A DNA stretch of 32,000 bases from Patescibacteria group bacterium (GCA_041649575.1 JBAZMW010000003.1:30001-62000), one strand, 5' to 3'. Shown: positions 16,590 to 25,590, counted from the first letter of the stretch. Numbers and translations are program-made. The notes: generated from the sequence alone by a model not told the origin.

Positions 16590-19500
16590 ATGTTTTTTAG
16601 GGGGCTCAGTTTACTCTTCATAATATTTTTTTTATTGATAATGGTATTACCTACATCACTTCATGCCGATGAGGCCTTTTTAGTTTTTCCTTTTTTAAAA
16701 AAATATGAAATTTCATGCTCATGGGGATGCTATAGCGGGCACAAAGGGACCGACTACCGTGTAAACACGGGTACAGATGTGGTCGCGGCCGCCGGAGGTG
16801 TAATAAAAAAACAAATTAATATACTCCAAGACAACGAGAAAAAAAAGGGTAGTTTTGGAAACTACACGATAATTGATCATCTTAATGGCTATCAAACGAT
16901 ATACTCGCACCTGCAAATTAATAGTATGCAGTTAAAGGAAGGCGATAAAGTTAGGGTTGGAGAAATAATAGCTAAATCCGATAATAATGGGGCTTCTACT
17001 GGCCCTCATCTACACTTTGAAATTAGAAAAAATAATATTGCTTTAGATCCATACAAAAATAATCTGTGGCTTTTAGATGAAAATAAAAATATTATTATTT
17101 TAAATGACATGGAAGAAAAAGACGATCAAAAGAATAATAAACCTACAATTACACAACCAGCCCCAGAAACACCTTGGTGGCAAAAAATTTTTGATTGGTT
17201 TAAAAAATTATTCGAAAGAAAAAGCGGCGAGGTAGCCAGCGAACAGGAAAGCCAAGCTCCAGCACCCGACCCCAAATTAGAAAACCAGGAAAATTTCGTC
17301 CCGCCGGACAAAATTTTTAACGCCGCTTATGTTTCCCAGAGCTCATATCTAAACTTGAACGCCGGAGAGACCGCCACTCTTTCTGTAAATTTAAAAAATA
17401 CCGGCAACACCGACTGGACTCCGGGCCAAGTTTCGTTAAACCTCAACAACTCCGGAGAAAGTTCTCCTTTTCATCACAACTCGTGGCTCACCGCCAGAAG
17501 ACCGGCCAGACTGGATCAGCCCCGGGTTAAGCCCGGCCAAACCGGCAGCTTCACTTTTATCATTCAAGCTCCGAAACAAAAGGGCGTTTACCAACTGTTT
17601 GTCAGACCGGTCTACCAGGATGAACTCGGCTTCCATTGGTTAGGGTCGGATTTGGGAATTTTTTGGCTGATCAACGTGGCCGAGACGGCCACAATAGCGG
17701 AATTGCCAGAAACAACGGCGCCGGAGACAGCCCAAGAAAAAGGAATGGAAGAAAAAATAACGGAACCGGAAAATAAACAGGAAAAACCAGAGGAACCAAT
17801 TACCGCGCCGAGCACTGGCGGCAGCAGCGGTGGAGAAAGTGGCGCCGACAATAATCAGTCTAGCGCTTATCCCCCGCCCGCCCCAGTCATAACCTTGCCG
17901 ACAACCGAGGAAGAACTGCTTATCGGCTCTACCTCCACCATCAAACTGGCCGGCACCAAAACGCCAAATAGCGCCACGATTTTTATTTGGCACAACGATC
18001 AACTGACAGAAATTAACAGCTTTCCCGAAGCCGGCAGTTGGCAAGCAGATTTCACTTTAACGGCAGGCGATAATTTTTTCCGCGTGGCGGCCGCCAGTAG
18101 CGCCGGCAACATCTCCGACGAAGACAAATTAAAAATAATTTACGATTCGACTCCCCCGCCAGCCGTTTCTGATTTGCAGGCTGGACGTATAACCAGTTCC
18201 ACGGCGCAAATAATTTTTACTCCGCCCGAAGCCAACCTGACTTTTGACTTGCGTTACTCTTTGGACAACTTAGATATAAACGGCTGGGACAGCGCCAGCG
18301 GCACTGCCAAAATCATAGAAGGCGCCAGCGACACTTCCACTATTTCTCTGCTAGTGGAAAACTTAGACCAGCTGCCAAAGCTGAAGTTTTATCTGCGCGC
18401 TCAAGACGCCGCCGGCAACCTGTCCGGGCTTTCCAACCAAGCCATGATAACCGTTTTACCGGCCATCGGTGAGGTTAACGGCTTTGAAATAACGCCCAGC
18501 TCCCTTTTGGCCCAATGGCTCTTGCCCAACTTTACCGTCAAAAACAGCGCCGCCGAAACAGAGGCCCGCTATTCATTAGAGCCGATTAATGAAAGTAATT
18601 TTTCCCAAGCCACCAAGATTGAAAATGTTTTACCGGCCACGCCCAACATGGTGGCCGAGGCCTATTTGCCAAACCTCTCATCTGGCACGGATTATTATCT
18701 GGCTCTAAAATATTCGGATGGCCTGAACTGGTCGGAAATTTTTTATTCGGCAAAAATCACCACCACGCAAAACTACTCGCAAATTAACGGCGGCGCCAAC
18801 TGCGCTTTTATCTCCGATCACGAGTTAAAAACCGCCAATGGGCCATATTTGATAACCGGGCAAGTTTATCTTTACTGGCATAAAAAATTGACCATTGAGC
18901 CGGGGACAATTCTGAAATTCAAGAGCGGCGGCAGTATTTTTGCTTTGGGATCGATAGAGGCGAAAGGCGCGGCCAGCGCGCCAATAATTTTCACCGCTTT
19001 TGGCGATGATGAGTTTGGCGGCGACAGCAATAATGATGGCGCGGCCTCCTCGCCCGCCTTTGGCGATTGGCAGGGAGTTATCATCAGAAATTCCCCAACC
19101 GCTCAAGTGGACTTGGATTATGTGAAAATCAAATACGCCAAAGACGCCTTAAGTATTGGCGGCGTGGATAAAACAAACATTGCCAACAGCGAAATCTCCA
19201 ACTCGTCGCGACGGGCTTTGAGCCTGATAAATATTAATAATGTTTTGGTAACCAAAAATAATATTATAAATAATAAGTTGGGGATTTACTTAGATAACGG
19301 CAAGCCAACTGAAGTTTCTTTCAATAATATAAAAAACAATAATCTTGGCACTTTTGAAGAAGAATCTGGCGGCTTGGTATTGGCCGAGTCCGACGGCCTT
19401 AATCTAACCAACAATAATATTTATAATAACAACTTCTGGGGAATTTTTGCTTTTGACGGCTTAAATTTCAATGCCGCTAATAATTATTATGGCGCGGCCG

Positions 19501-19631
19501 AAGGGCCGATTAAGATGACCATGGGAGAATTTTTGGCCGACCCGCACCAATATGATGGTCGCGGAGAGCGCGACATCATCCATGGAGATTTCAACTATAA
19601 TAATTTCTCGCCGACGGAAATTGTTTTCTAA
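16590..19631 (+). CDS. Large secreted protein: N-terminal M23/LytM peptidase, Ig/CARDB-like modules, C-terminal right-handed beta-helix
   Basis: HKGTDYRV...YQTIYSHLQ...GPHLHFEI (M23 motifs); VSLNLNNSGESSPFH Ig-like; Asn-rich parallel beta-helix repeats at C-terminus. Confidence 0.9.
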   Translation: MFFRGLSLLFIIFFLLIMVLPTSLHADEAFLVFPFLKKYEISCSWGCYSGHKGTDYRVNTGTDVVAAAGGVIKKQINILQDNEKKKGSFGNYTIIDHLNGYQTIYSHLQINSMQLKEGDKVRVGEIIAKSDNNGASTGPHLHFEIRKNNIALDPYKNNLWLLDENKNIIILNDMEEKDDQKNNKPTITQPAPETPWWQKIFDWFKKLFERKSGEVASEQESQAPAPDPKLENQENFVPPDKIFNAAYVSQSSYLNLNAGETATLSVNLKNTGNTDWTPGQVSLNLNNSGESSPFHHNSWLTARRPARLDQPRVKPGQTGSFTFIIQAPKQKGVYQLFVRPVYQDELGFHWLGSDLGIFWLINVAETATIAELPETTAPETAQEKGMEEKITEPENKQEKPEEPITAPSTGGSSGGESGADNNQSSAYPPPAPVITLPTTEEELLIGSTSTIKLAGTKTPNSATIFIWHNDQLTEINSFPEAGSWQADFTLTAGDNFFRVAAASSAGNISDEDKLKIIYDSTPPPAVSDLQAGRITSSTAQIIFTPPEANLTFDLRYSLDNLDINGWDSASGTAKIIEGASDTSTISLLVENLDQLPKLKFYLRAQDAAGNLSGLSNQAMITVLPAIGEVNGFEITPSSLLAQWLLPNFTVKNSAAETEARYSLEPINESNFSQATKIENVLPATPNMVAEAYLPNLSSGTDYYLALKYSDGLNWSEIFYSAKITTTQNYSQINGGANCAFISDHELKTANGPYLITGQVYLYWHKKLTIEPGTILKFKSGGSIFALGSIEAKGAASAPIIFTAFGDDEFGGDSNNDGAASSPAFGDWQGVIIRNSPTAQVDLDYVKIKYAKDALSIGGVDKTNIANSEISNSSRRALSLININNVLVTKNNIINNKLGIYLDNGKPTEVSFNNIKNNNLGTFEEESGGLVLAESDGLNLTNNNIYNNNFWGIFAFDGLNFNAANNYYGAAEGPIKMTMGEFLADPHQYDGRGERDIIHGDFNYNNFSPTEIVF

Positions 19632-19759
19632 AAACCTCCGATATATACCGCTTCCAAAACCAATTGACGAGCCGGTTTTTTTGTGATAATTTAAGGTCGC
19701 TAGTCCTTTTTGGTTTGGATGGGTCTTAGACGCAACGCACGTAACAAGGAGAACCAATC

Positions 19760-20902
19760 ATGACCATTAGAGTTGAGACGTTGGGTGAGCAGGCACTGGG
19801 CATGCTAGCAATGCTGTATAAGGACAGTCGTCCGGCAGCCATTCACCTGCAAGGAAGGCAGGTGTTCGTGAGAAAGCCAAACGGCCAGGCCGAGATCCTC
19901 GAGCTGGCGCTCGATTTCTCTTGGCCCCAAGCGCTTCTGGGCAACCGGATGCCGGAGAACCCCTCGGCCGTCTTCATGCTGGAGCTGCCGTGGCCGACAA
20001 TGGAGGAGTCAGAGAAAGCCGGAGCAGAACCCCGGCAGCCGACGCAGACGTTCCTGCGCTTCAAGGCGATCTCCTTAAACGGAGCGCTCACCCTCTTCCC
20101 GATCTGGCGGCCGATCGGCAATGCATTGGCTTGTTCAGATGAGCCAATCTTGCACTTCCCCGCCCTCAAATCGCCTCTGGTACCAGACTGGCCGACGGTA
20201 TTTGAGACAAGCCGCGGACTGGTCATCATCTCGGGCGAACGCCGCTCCGGCCGCACCATTACGGCCATGTCGCTCATCAACAGGCTCAGAGAGAATCGAA
20301 AGATAGCCATGGGCCTGATCGAACGGGCAGCCGAACACGCATTGAATGAAACGGCTGGGTTTATCGAACGGGTCGAGCTGGGGTTTGACGGTAACTGGCC
20401 TGAAGCCGTGAACCTGCTCGATCGGAGAAACTTCGATGTCATCTACCTGGAGGAAATCCCGGACGTCGCCACGCTGAATCAGGCAATCAGTGCCGCCGAA
20501 TCGCGTCTGGTCATCGCCTGCGGCCCCTCCCGCTCGGTGACGGAAACGCTGGAATGTCTGCTGGAAATGGAGCCGGACCGCGCGCGCAACGAAGGTTTGC
20601 GCCGACGGCTGGCCAGGGTGCTGGTGGGCATCATAGGCCAAGTTTTGGTGCCGAACAAAGGCGGCTCCGCGCTGGCACCGGCCACCGAAATTCTGGTGAA
20701 GACGCCGGCGGTTCACAACCTGATCCGCGAAGACAAGACCTTCCGAATCCTCGAATCCATGCGTACCGGGCATAAGTACGGAATGCTCACACTGAACGAG
20801 GATCTTCTGCGCCTGGTCAATGGTGGCTACGTTGACAAAGAAGCCGCCTTGGCCGCCTCTTACATGCCGGAAGAGCTGGAAGAGCTCCTCGGAAAGAAAT
20901 AG
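19760..20902 (+). CDS. PilT-like (T4P retraction ATPase family) paralog with altered Walker A (GERRSGRT)
   Basis: FDVIYLEEIPDVATLNQAISAAE and ATEILVKTPAVHNLIREDKTFRILESMRTGHKYGMLTLNEDLLRLVNGGYVDKEAAL match PilT C-terminal pattern; SD AAGGAG upstream. Confidence 0.8.
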   Translation: MTIRVETLGEQALGMLAMLYKDSRPAAIHLQGRQVFVRKPNGQAEILELALDFSWPQALLGNRMPENPSAVFMLELPWPTMEESEKAGAEPRQPTQTFLRFKAISLNGALTLFPIWRPIGNALACSDEPILHFPALKSPLVPDWPTVFETSRGLVIISGERRSGRTITAMSLINRLRENRKIAMGLIERAAEHALNETAGFIERVELGFDGNWPEAVNLLDRRNFDVIYLEEIPDVATLNQAISAAESRLVIACGPSRSVTETLECLLEMEPDRARNEGLRRRLARVLVGIIGQVLVPNKGGSALAPATEILVKTPAVHNLIREDKTFRILESMRTGHKYGMLTLNEDLLRLVNGGYVDKEAALAASYMPEELEELLGKK

Positions 20903-20975
20903 AAAGGCTGCTATCGCACAACAAACGAGCCGTCTGACGCGCACAGCGCCAGGCGGCTCTCTCTATTTGTAGAGA

Positions 20976-22301
20976 CTAATTATTATAAGATAATTTTTGA
21001 TTATCACCCAGCAATTTTTTAATAATATCGTTTCTCTGATTCAGACTAAAAGCGTGAAGCACCACCACAATACTGTTGTCTTTCTTTAAAGCCACGTTCC
21101 TTTGCGCCTCCACCAAAAAACCGGTTTTGACCGCTTCCGGCTCAAAGGCCAACAAACTCAAATTGCGATTTTTCACCGCCACCTCCCGCTCTTGGCCCGA
21201 AGCGTCCTCAGCCCTAAACACACAATCAGAACAACGCGTGCCTTCGACTATTTCCTTCTTGTCAAAAGCTACTCTGGCAATGACGGCAAACTCCTCGGCG
21301 GTGCTGATGTTATTGGCATCCAAGCCGGACATCTCAAAAAATTTAGTCTTTCCCAACCCTAAATCCTTGGCCTTTTGATTCATTGCCGCCACAAATTCAC
21401 TGCGGCTTAACCCGCTGTTATCGGCTAAAACCACCGCCGACTGGTTGGAGGAAGCGGTTAGTAGCGAATTCCACAAATCCCCTATTCTTATTTTGTCGCC
21501 CGCTCGCAAATCCACTTCGCTGGTGGTGCCCTTGGCGGCCAAGGTGTAGGGATAATTAATTTCGGTTTCGGTAATTTCTATGGTCTTATCCCAATCCGGA
21601 TCCTGGTCGAGAAAAACCAAGGCCGTCATCAGTTTGCTTAAAGAAGCCAGCGGCAAAATGGTCTGGGAATTCGAGCCGTTGGAAAATTCTTCATCGCTGT
21701 ATTTGACATAAGCCACGGCCGGAAAAGCCGAGTCAAAAGTGAATTGCTCATTATTCATCGCCAATTTTCTCAAAGTGACGTCATTGACTTGCCAGCCGAT
21801 CACCTTGATAATTCTAGAGAAATCTTTAAAGGTCATCACCGGATAACGAATATTGTCGCCGGGATTAACATACCAATAATCTTTTTTTTCGGTAAAAATT
21901 ATCTTTCCTTTATACTTATTAAGCAAAGTTTTCTGGCTCGGCTGGCCTTTTTTGGCGGCCAGACCAGCCAATTCTTTGGCGCTGACCTTAACGGCCAATT
22001 TTTGCTTCAAAAAATCCAGATCCGCCTCGCTTCTTAGAGCGTATCTTTTTTTGTCGGCCTCATTGCCGTACCACAGATTGTTTAGCACTTCTTTTTGAAT
22101 CAAAAACCGCCCCGACAAATCCGCCTGGGTAAAAACCTTGGCCACCGGCATTTTTTTGACGGCAGTTTTCTGACTGGCGGCCTGGCCGACTGAGGGCAAA
22201 AATAAAAAACCAAACAAACTCAACAAAAAAATTTTTTGCCAAAGATTTTTAGAAATTTTTGAATTCATTTTATAATTATAACAAAAATTTACCGCCGCCA
22301 C
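20976..22301 (-). CDS. D-alanyl-D-alanine carboxypeptidase / serine-type PBP-family peptidase
   Basis: LPLASLSKLMTALVFL (SxxK), SSNQSAV (SxN), VKTGFLVEA (KTG). Confidence 0.9.
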   Translation of the reverse strand: MAAVNFCYNYKMNSKISKNLWQKIFLLSLFGFLFLPSVGQAASQKTAVKKMPVAKVFTQADLSGRFLIQKEVLNNLWYGNEADKKRYALRSEADLDFLKQKLAVKVSAKELAGLAAKKGQPSQKTLLNKYKGKIIFTEKKDYWYVNPGDNIRYPVMTFKDFSRIIKVIGWQVNDVTLRKLAMNNEQFTFDSAFPAVAYVKYSDEEFSNGSNSQTILPLASLSKLMTALVFLDQDPDWDKTIEITETEINYPYTLAAKGTTSEVDLRAGDKIRIGDLWNSLLTASSNQSAVVLADNSGLSRSEFVAAMNQKAKDLGLGKTKFFEMSGLDANNISTAEEFAVIARVAFDKKEIVEGTRCSDCVFRAEDASGQEREVAVKNRNLSLLAFEPEAVKTGFLVEAQRNVALKKDNSIVVVLHAFSLNQRNDIIKKLLGDNQKLSYNN

Positions 22302-22948
22302 AATCTTCTAATTAGTGTCATCATCAGAACCACAATAATTATCAAGCCAATCAAACCGCTGGCCAGCCAGTGGCCGACTTTGCCCTCGAAAATTGCCCAG
22401 AGCGGCTTGTTAAAATAATATTTTAAAACCGGTAAATTAATCAGAGTGCGAGCCGCCTCGTCGGGAGGAAAGGCTTCTGCCTGGCCGACCACCAAAACGT
22501 ATTTGCCAAAATTATCGGCGCTGTACGTTTTAATCAGATAATCACCGGCCGGCAACTGAATTTTTTTCTCCGGTCCCTGCCAATAATCGTCACCGGCGAA
22601 TTCTTCATGAAAAATCTGCCAGTCGTAGCCGGAACCGTCCAAGACAAAATTTTGACTTTCCAAATCCGTGCGCTTTAGCTCTGCGGAAACATTTTTTTTG
22701 ACGTCTTTGACGGCCGGCACCAAAATCTGAAAATAAAATTCCAGCGGCTGGTCTAGAATTATTCTAAAATATTCCGGGTCGCCTTTGAGCTGGGCATAAA
22801 AAGCCTGGGAAACCTCGGGGTTGAAAATATCCAACGGCTTATCAAGAGTGGGCGATAAATTATAAATCAAACGCGGCTGATGAGCGCTGGCAGCGCCGCC
22901 CAAGACAAAGCTTAGGAGAATGGCTCCCAAAATAAAAAATTTTTTCAT
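22289..22948 (-). CDS. Secreted / C-terminally membrane-anchored protein (219 aa), unknown function
   Basis: Signal peptide and C-terminal TM; overlaps the start of the D-Ala-D-Ala peptidase gene (probable operon). Confidence 0.75.
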   Translation of the reverse strand: MKKFFILGAILLSFVLGGAASAHQPRLIYNLSPTLDKPLDIFNPEVSQAFYAQLKGDPEYFRIILDQPLEFYFQILVPAVKDVKKNVSAELKRTDLESQNFVLDGSGYDWQIFHEEFAGDDYWQGPEKKIQLPAGDYLIKTYSADNFGKYVLVVGQAEAFPPDEAARTLINLPVLKYYFNKPLWAIFEGKVGHWLASGLIGLIIIVVLMMTLIRRLWRR

Positions 22949-23070
22949 ATCTTTAAAATAGCCAATAAAAAAATTTTATTCCTGTTTTAGCTGATTAGAT
23001 TATAGCAAAAATTATCATTAGTAGCGACTGGGCCAGGTCTGGACTCTTAGAATTAGACATTCAAATCTAT

Positions 23071-23105
23071 AAAAATAAAAACACCTTTTAGGTGCTTTTA
23101 TTTTC
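23071..23105. terminator. Bidirectional-looking terminator
   Basis: aaaaataaaaacaccttttaggtgcttttatttt: short stem flanked by A-tract and T-tract on both sides. Confidence 0.6.
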
Positions 23106-23289
23106 TGCAGGCCACTTCGAGCTAGAACCGTCCAGAAGCAACCCCTGTAAGATTATTTTAGCGCTTTTTAGACATACAGGCACGACCCACCTCGAGCATG
23201 CCTATTTTCTAAAAAAGTGACAAAGGTGACACAATATCGGCGTATTAAATTACAACTAAGTGTCACGCTTGCTATTAATAGCCAAAATT

Positions 23290-23511
23290 CTAATTCCGAA
23301 GCTTTTTACGCGCTTCTTTCATAATCTTCTCTCTACCCTCGCTGGGTTCCACCTTTTTTGCCGCTTTAATTAGAGCATCTTTTACATCTTGTTTAGTTTC
23401 ATCTGGAAACTGTTTCTTTAACTGCCTTACTGCATAATCAAACTCATAATTTTGTTTGAAGCTGATCAGGTTTCGGTCAGGCTTACCAATTTTTTTCTTA
23501 TTGTCTGACAT
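23290..23511 (-). CDS. Small hypothetical protein (73 aa), DUF3606-like N-terminus
   Basis: MSDNKKKIGKPDRNLISFKQNYEFDYAVRQLKKQF resembles the KPDR-R-I...DYE pattern of DUF3606; same strand as caspase gene. Confidence 0.6.
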   Translation of the reverse strand: MSDNKKKIGKPDRNLISFKQNYEFDYAVRQLKKQFPDETKQDVKDALIKAAKKVEPSEGREKIMKEARKKLRN

Positions 23512-23579
23512 AATCGTTATTATAATTAATATTTAAATAATGATCATAGGGATTAATATAATATTTTTTAAATACTTAT

Positions 23580-24521
23580 TCAAATTTTACCGTCTTTAAC
23601 CAAACGCCAATAATGATAGCCTAGCGCGGTTAACTTGCAGGACCTTGAATTCTGCGCGGCATAAAACATATGTTCTTCACCTACCGGCACAACCAATCCA
23701 ATACCTACAAACTTTTGAAGGTTTTTCATGATAACAACTTTTTCAGGTACGGCTATATCCTTATTATCAAACTCGTAAGTTGGATCCAATGCATATTCTT
23801 GATCTGGTGTAAGAAAATATTCAGTTATTTTTCTTAACACTTCGGTTGGTACTTGAGGAGTGATGGTGCGTAAAGAAGTAAAACGAGTTACATTAGTTTT
23901 AAATACTGGTCTCTGATCCCATGGCCCCAAAGCTTGATCGATATAAGCGTACACACTTCCTGGAGTTATATGACCTCGAACATCAGCCGCTCCACCCTGT
24001 AAAGCGTCTATTAATAAATTCGTAAAAATTCCATGACCATTAACTTCGACTGAACTTTCGTCCGTCTTACTAGCTGTCAATACAACCACTCCTTCAGAAA
24101 TTTGGGAGCAAACGCCACCCGCTACGGCGGGAGAGCCAAAAGATCCTGAATGGCAGCAATCTAGAATAATAATTTTGTCTTTCGCTTTTGATTTATTTGC
24201 CAATACTAATATTTCATCCATCGATACACCCTCATCGTTAGGTTGATAATCCGGCGTAACAATATAGCCACCGAATTCGTTTAGAAAGCCGTGTCCAGAA
24301 AAATATAATAATGCTATGTCACTATCTCCCTCAAACAGCTCTATAATCGTTGTCTTTAAAGACGATTTTGTAGGAACGTCCATTTTAAGAATTACAGAAA
24401 AATTTGGCGACCCGTCGCCATTTTTTTCAAGGGTAGTCGCAAACGCTGAAGCATCATTAATACAGCCCTTAAGTGGTGAGGTTGGATAATTATTTATACC
24501 AATAACTAAAGCTTTTCTCAT
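23580..24521 (-). CDS. Caspase-like (peptidase C14/metacaspase) protein, 313 aa, with ~90-100 aa C-terminal extension; putative type IV Thoeris effector
   Basis: MRKALVIGINNYPTSPLKGCINDA; His box YFSGHG; Cys box IIILDCCHSGSFG; start at 24521, one base after the TIR stop codon. Confidence 0.88.
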   Translation of the reverse strand: MRKALVIGINNYPTSPLKGCINDASAFATTLEKNGDGSPNFSVILKMDVPTKSSLKTTIIELFEGDSDIALLYFSGHGFLNEFGGYIVTPDYQPNDEGVSMDEILVLANKSKAKDKIIILDCCHSGSFGSPAVAGGVCSQISEGVVVLTASKTDESSVEVNGHGIFTNLLIDALQGGAADVRGHITPGSVYAYIDQALGPWDQRPVFKTNVTRFTSLRTITPQVPTEVLRKITEYFLTPDQEYALDPTYEFDNKDIAVPEKVVIMKNLQKFVGIGLVVPVGEEHMFYAAQNSRSCKLTALGYHYWRLVKDGKI

Positions 24522-24522
24522 T

Positions 24523-24900
24523 TCAAAGTTTACTGATAAATGATTTAATATTTTCCCAGCTCCATATGTTGACTCTTCTTCCCGACAGCGATGAAGACAA
24601 TGTTGGCCTATCATCATTGATATACATTAACATCACAGGAATATTTTCATCAATAGCGCACTCAAGCTCAAATTTTTCGCCTGAAGCACCTGGTGTATTA
24701 TTACTAATTAAGCCGATCATGCCGTCACAACCCTTAATTTTCGTCCGGCAACGGTCTTTCCAATCAGTCTTCCACGGTTCTTTTACCGACATATCAATAA
24801 ATTCAAAAGGTGATCTTTCATTTCTCGCTTGTGCAACAAGAAAGTCCCGATATTTCGAATCTTCGGCTGCAAAACTAATAAATACTCTTTTGTTCGACAT
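24523..24900 (-). CDS. TIR-like (MTH538/ThsB-type) protein; putative Thoeris signal-producing sensor
   Basis: RVFISFAAEDSKYRDFLVAQARNERSPFEFIDMSVKEPWKTDWKDRCRTKIKGCDGMIGLISNNTPGASGEKFELECAIDENIPVMLMYI: ThsB/MTH538 pattern. Confidence 0.87.
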   Translation of the reverse strand: MSNKRVFISFAAEDSKYRDFLVAQARNERSPFEFIDMSVKEPWKTDWKDRCRTKIKGCDGMIGLISNNTPGASGEKFELECAIDENIPVMLMYINDDRPTLSSSLSGRRVNIWSWENIKSFISKL

Positions 24901-24911
24901 AAATTATTTTA

Positions 24912-25532
24912 TTAATTAATTAAATCGCCTGGCAACACCGCATCAACGACTCCCTGGATCAGACAATTGGAAGTTAAAATAATCGGCTTGTGCGTTTTAT
25001 TACTTGACTTTGGTCTGAGGATAACCACATCACCCTTATTCTCCAAAATCTTTACCGTCGCCTCGTCATTTATAAGCGCAACTACCCTCTCCCCCGTATC
25101 TGCCGATTCTTGCTGACGTATCAATAACAAATCGCCGCTATTAATTCCCGCCTGATCCATTGAATCACCAATCGCACGAAGCAAAAAATATGTGAAACCT
25201 TTTTTTGCTAACATCGTTGAAACCGGTATCCGAGTTTGAATATTTTCTTCTGCCAGCATCGGTTCTCCGCATGTTACCGCACCAACCAAAGGAACTTCAA
25301 CCGTGCTGACTGAGTTTGCCTGTTGAATATTGGTAAGTATAAGTCCCTGGCCAGTCTTTTTAATTAATCCTGCCCGCACAAGACGATCAACAACTAAACT
25401 CGCCGATCTCGGCGATTTACCACCCGTCACCTCATTTATCTCCCTGAGAGACGGACTTACCCCATAATGGGCTATTTTATTTCGGATAAGAGAAAAAGCC
25501 CTTTTGTCTTTGTCGTTAAGGTTTTTGGTCAT
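24912..25532 (-). CDS. lexA: LexA-like repressor with S24 autoproteolytic domain
   Basis: Winged-helix (IRNKIAHYGVSPSLREINEVTGGKSPRSASLVVDRLVRAGLI), cleavage dyad VTCGEP, Ser in AIGDSMDQAGI, Lys in ALINDEATVK. Confidence 0.9.
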   Translation of the reverse strand: MTKNLNDKDKRAFSLIRNKIAHYGVSPSLREINEVTGGKSPRSASLVVDRLVRAGLIKKTGQGLILTNIQQANSVSTVEVPLVGAVTCGEPMLAEENIQTRIPVSTMLAKKGFTYFLLRAIGDSMDQAGINSGDLLLIRQQESADTGERVVALINDEATVKILENKGDVVILRPKSSNKTHKPIILTSNCLIQGVVDAVLPGDLIN

Positions 25533-25533
25533 A

Positions 25534-25548
25534 GTATAATAAGTATAC
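25534..25548. promoter_or_regulatory. Palindromic operator candidate GTATA-N5-TATAC overlapping lexA-like promoter
   Basis: gtataataagtatac; minus promoter TTGCTT (25570-25565)-N17-TATACT (25547-25542). Confidence 0.55.
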
Positions 25549-25590
25549 AAGACCCTATACAAAAAAGCAAGGGCCTGCTATACTGTAATT

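Noticed and set aside
20135-20944. 269-aa minus ORF antisense to the PilT-like gene
   Set aside because: PilT similarity in the plus frame is clear; the antisense is a GC-rich shadow.
24522-24617. N-terminal extension of the caspase gene in the supplied ORF
   Set aside because: It overlaps the TIR gene and is not caspase-like; MRKALVIGINNYP at 24521 is the natural start.
24566-24919. Plus-strand ORF antisense to the TIR gene
   Set aside because: Shadow of a clearly recognisable TIR protein.
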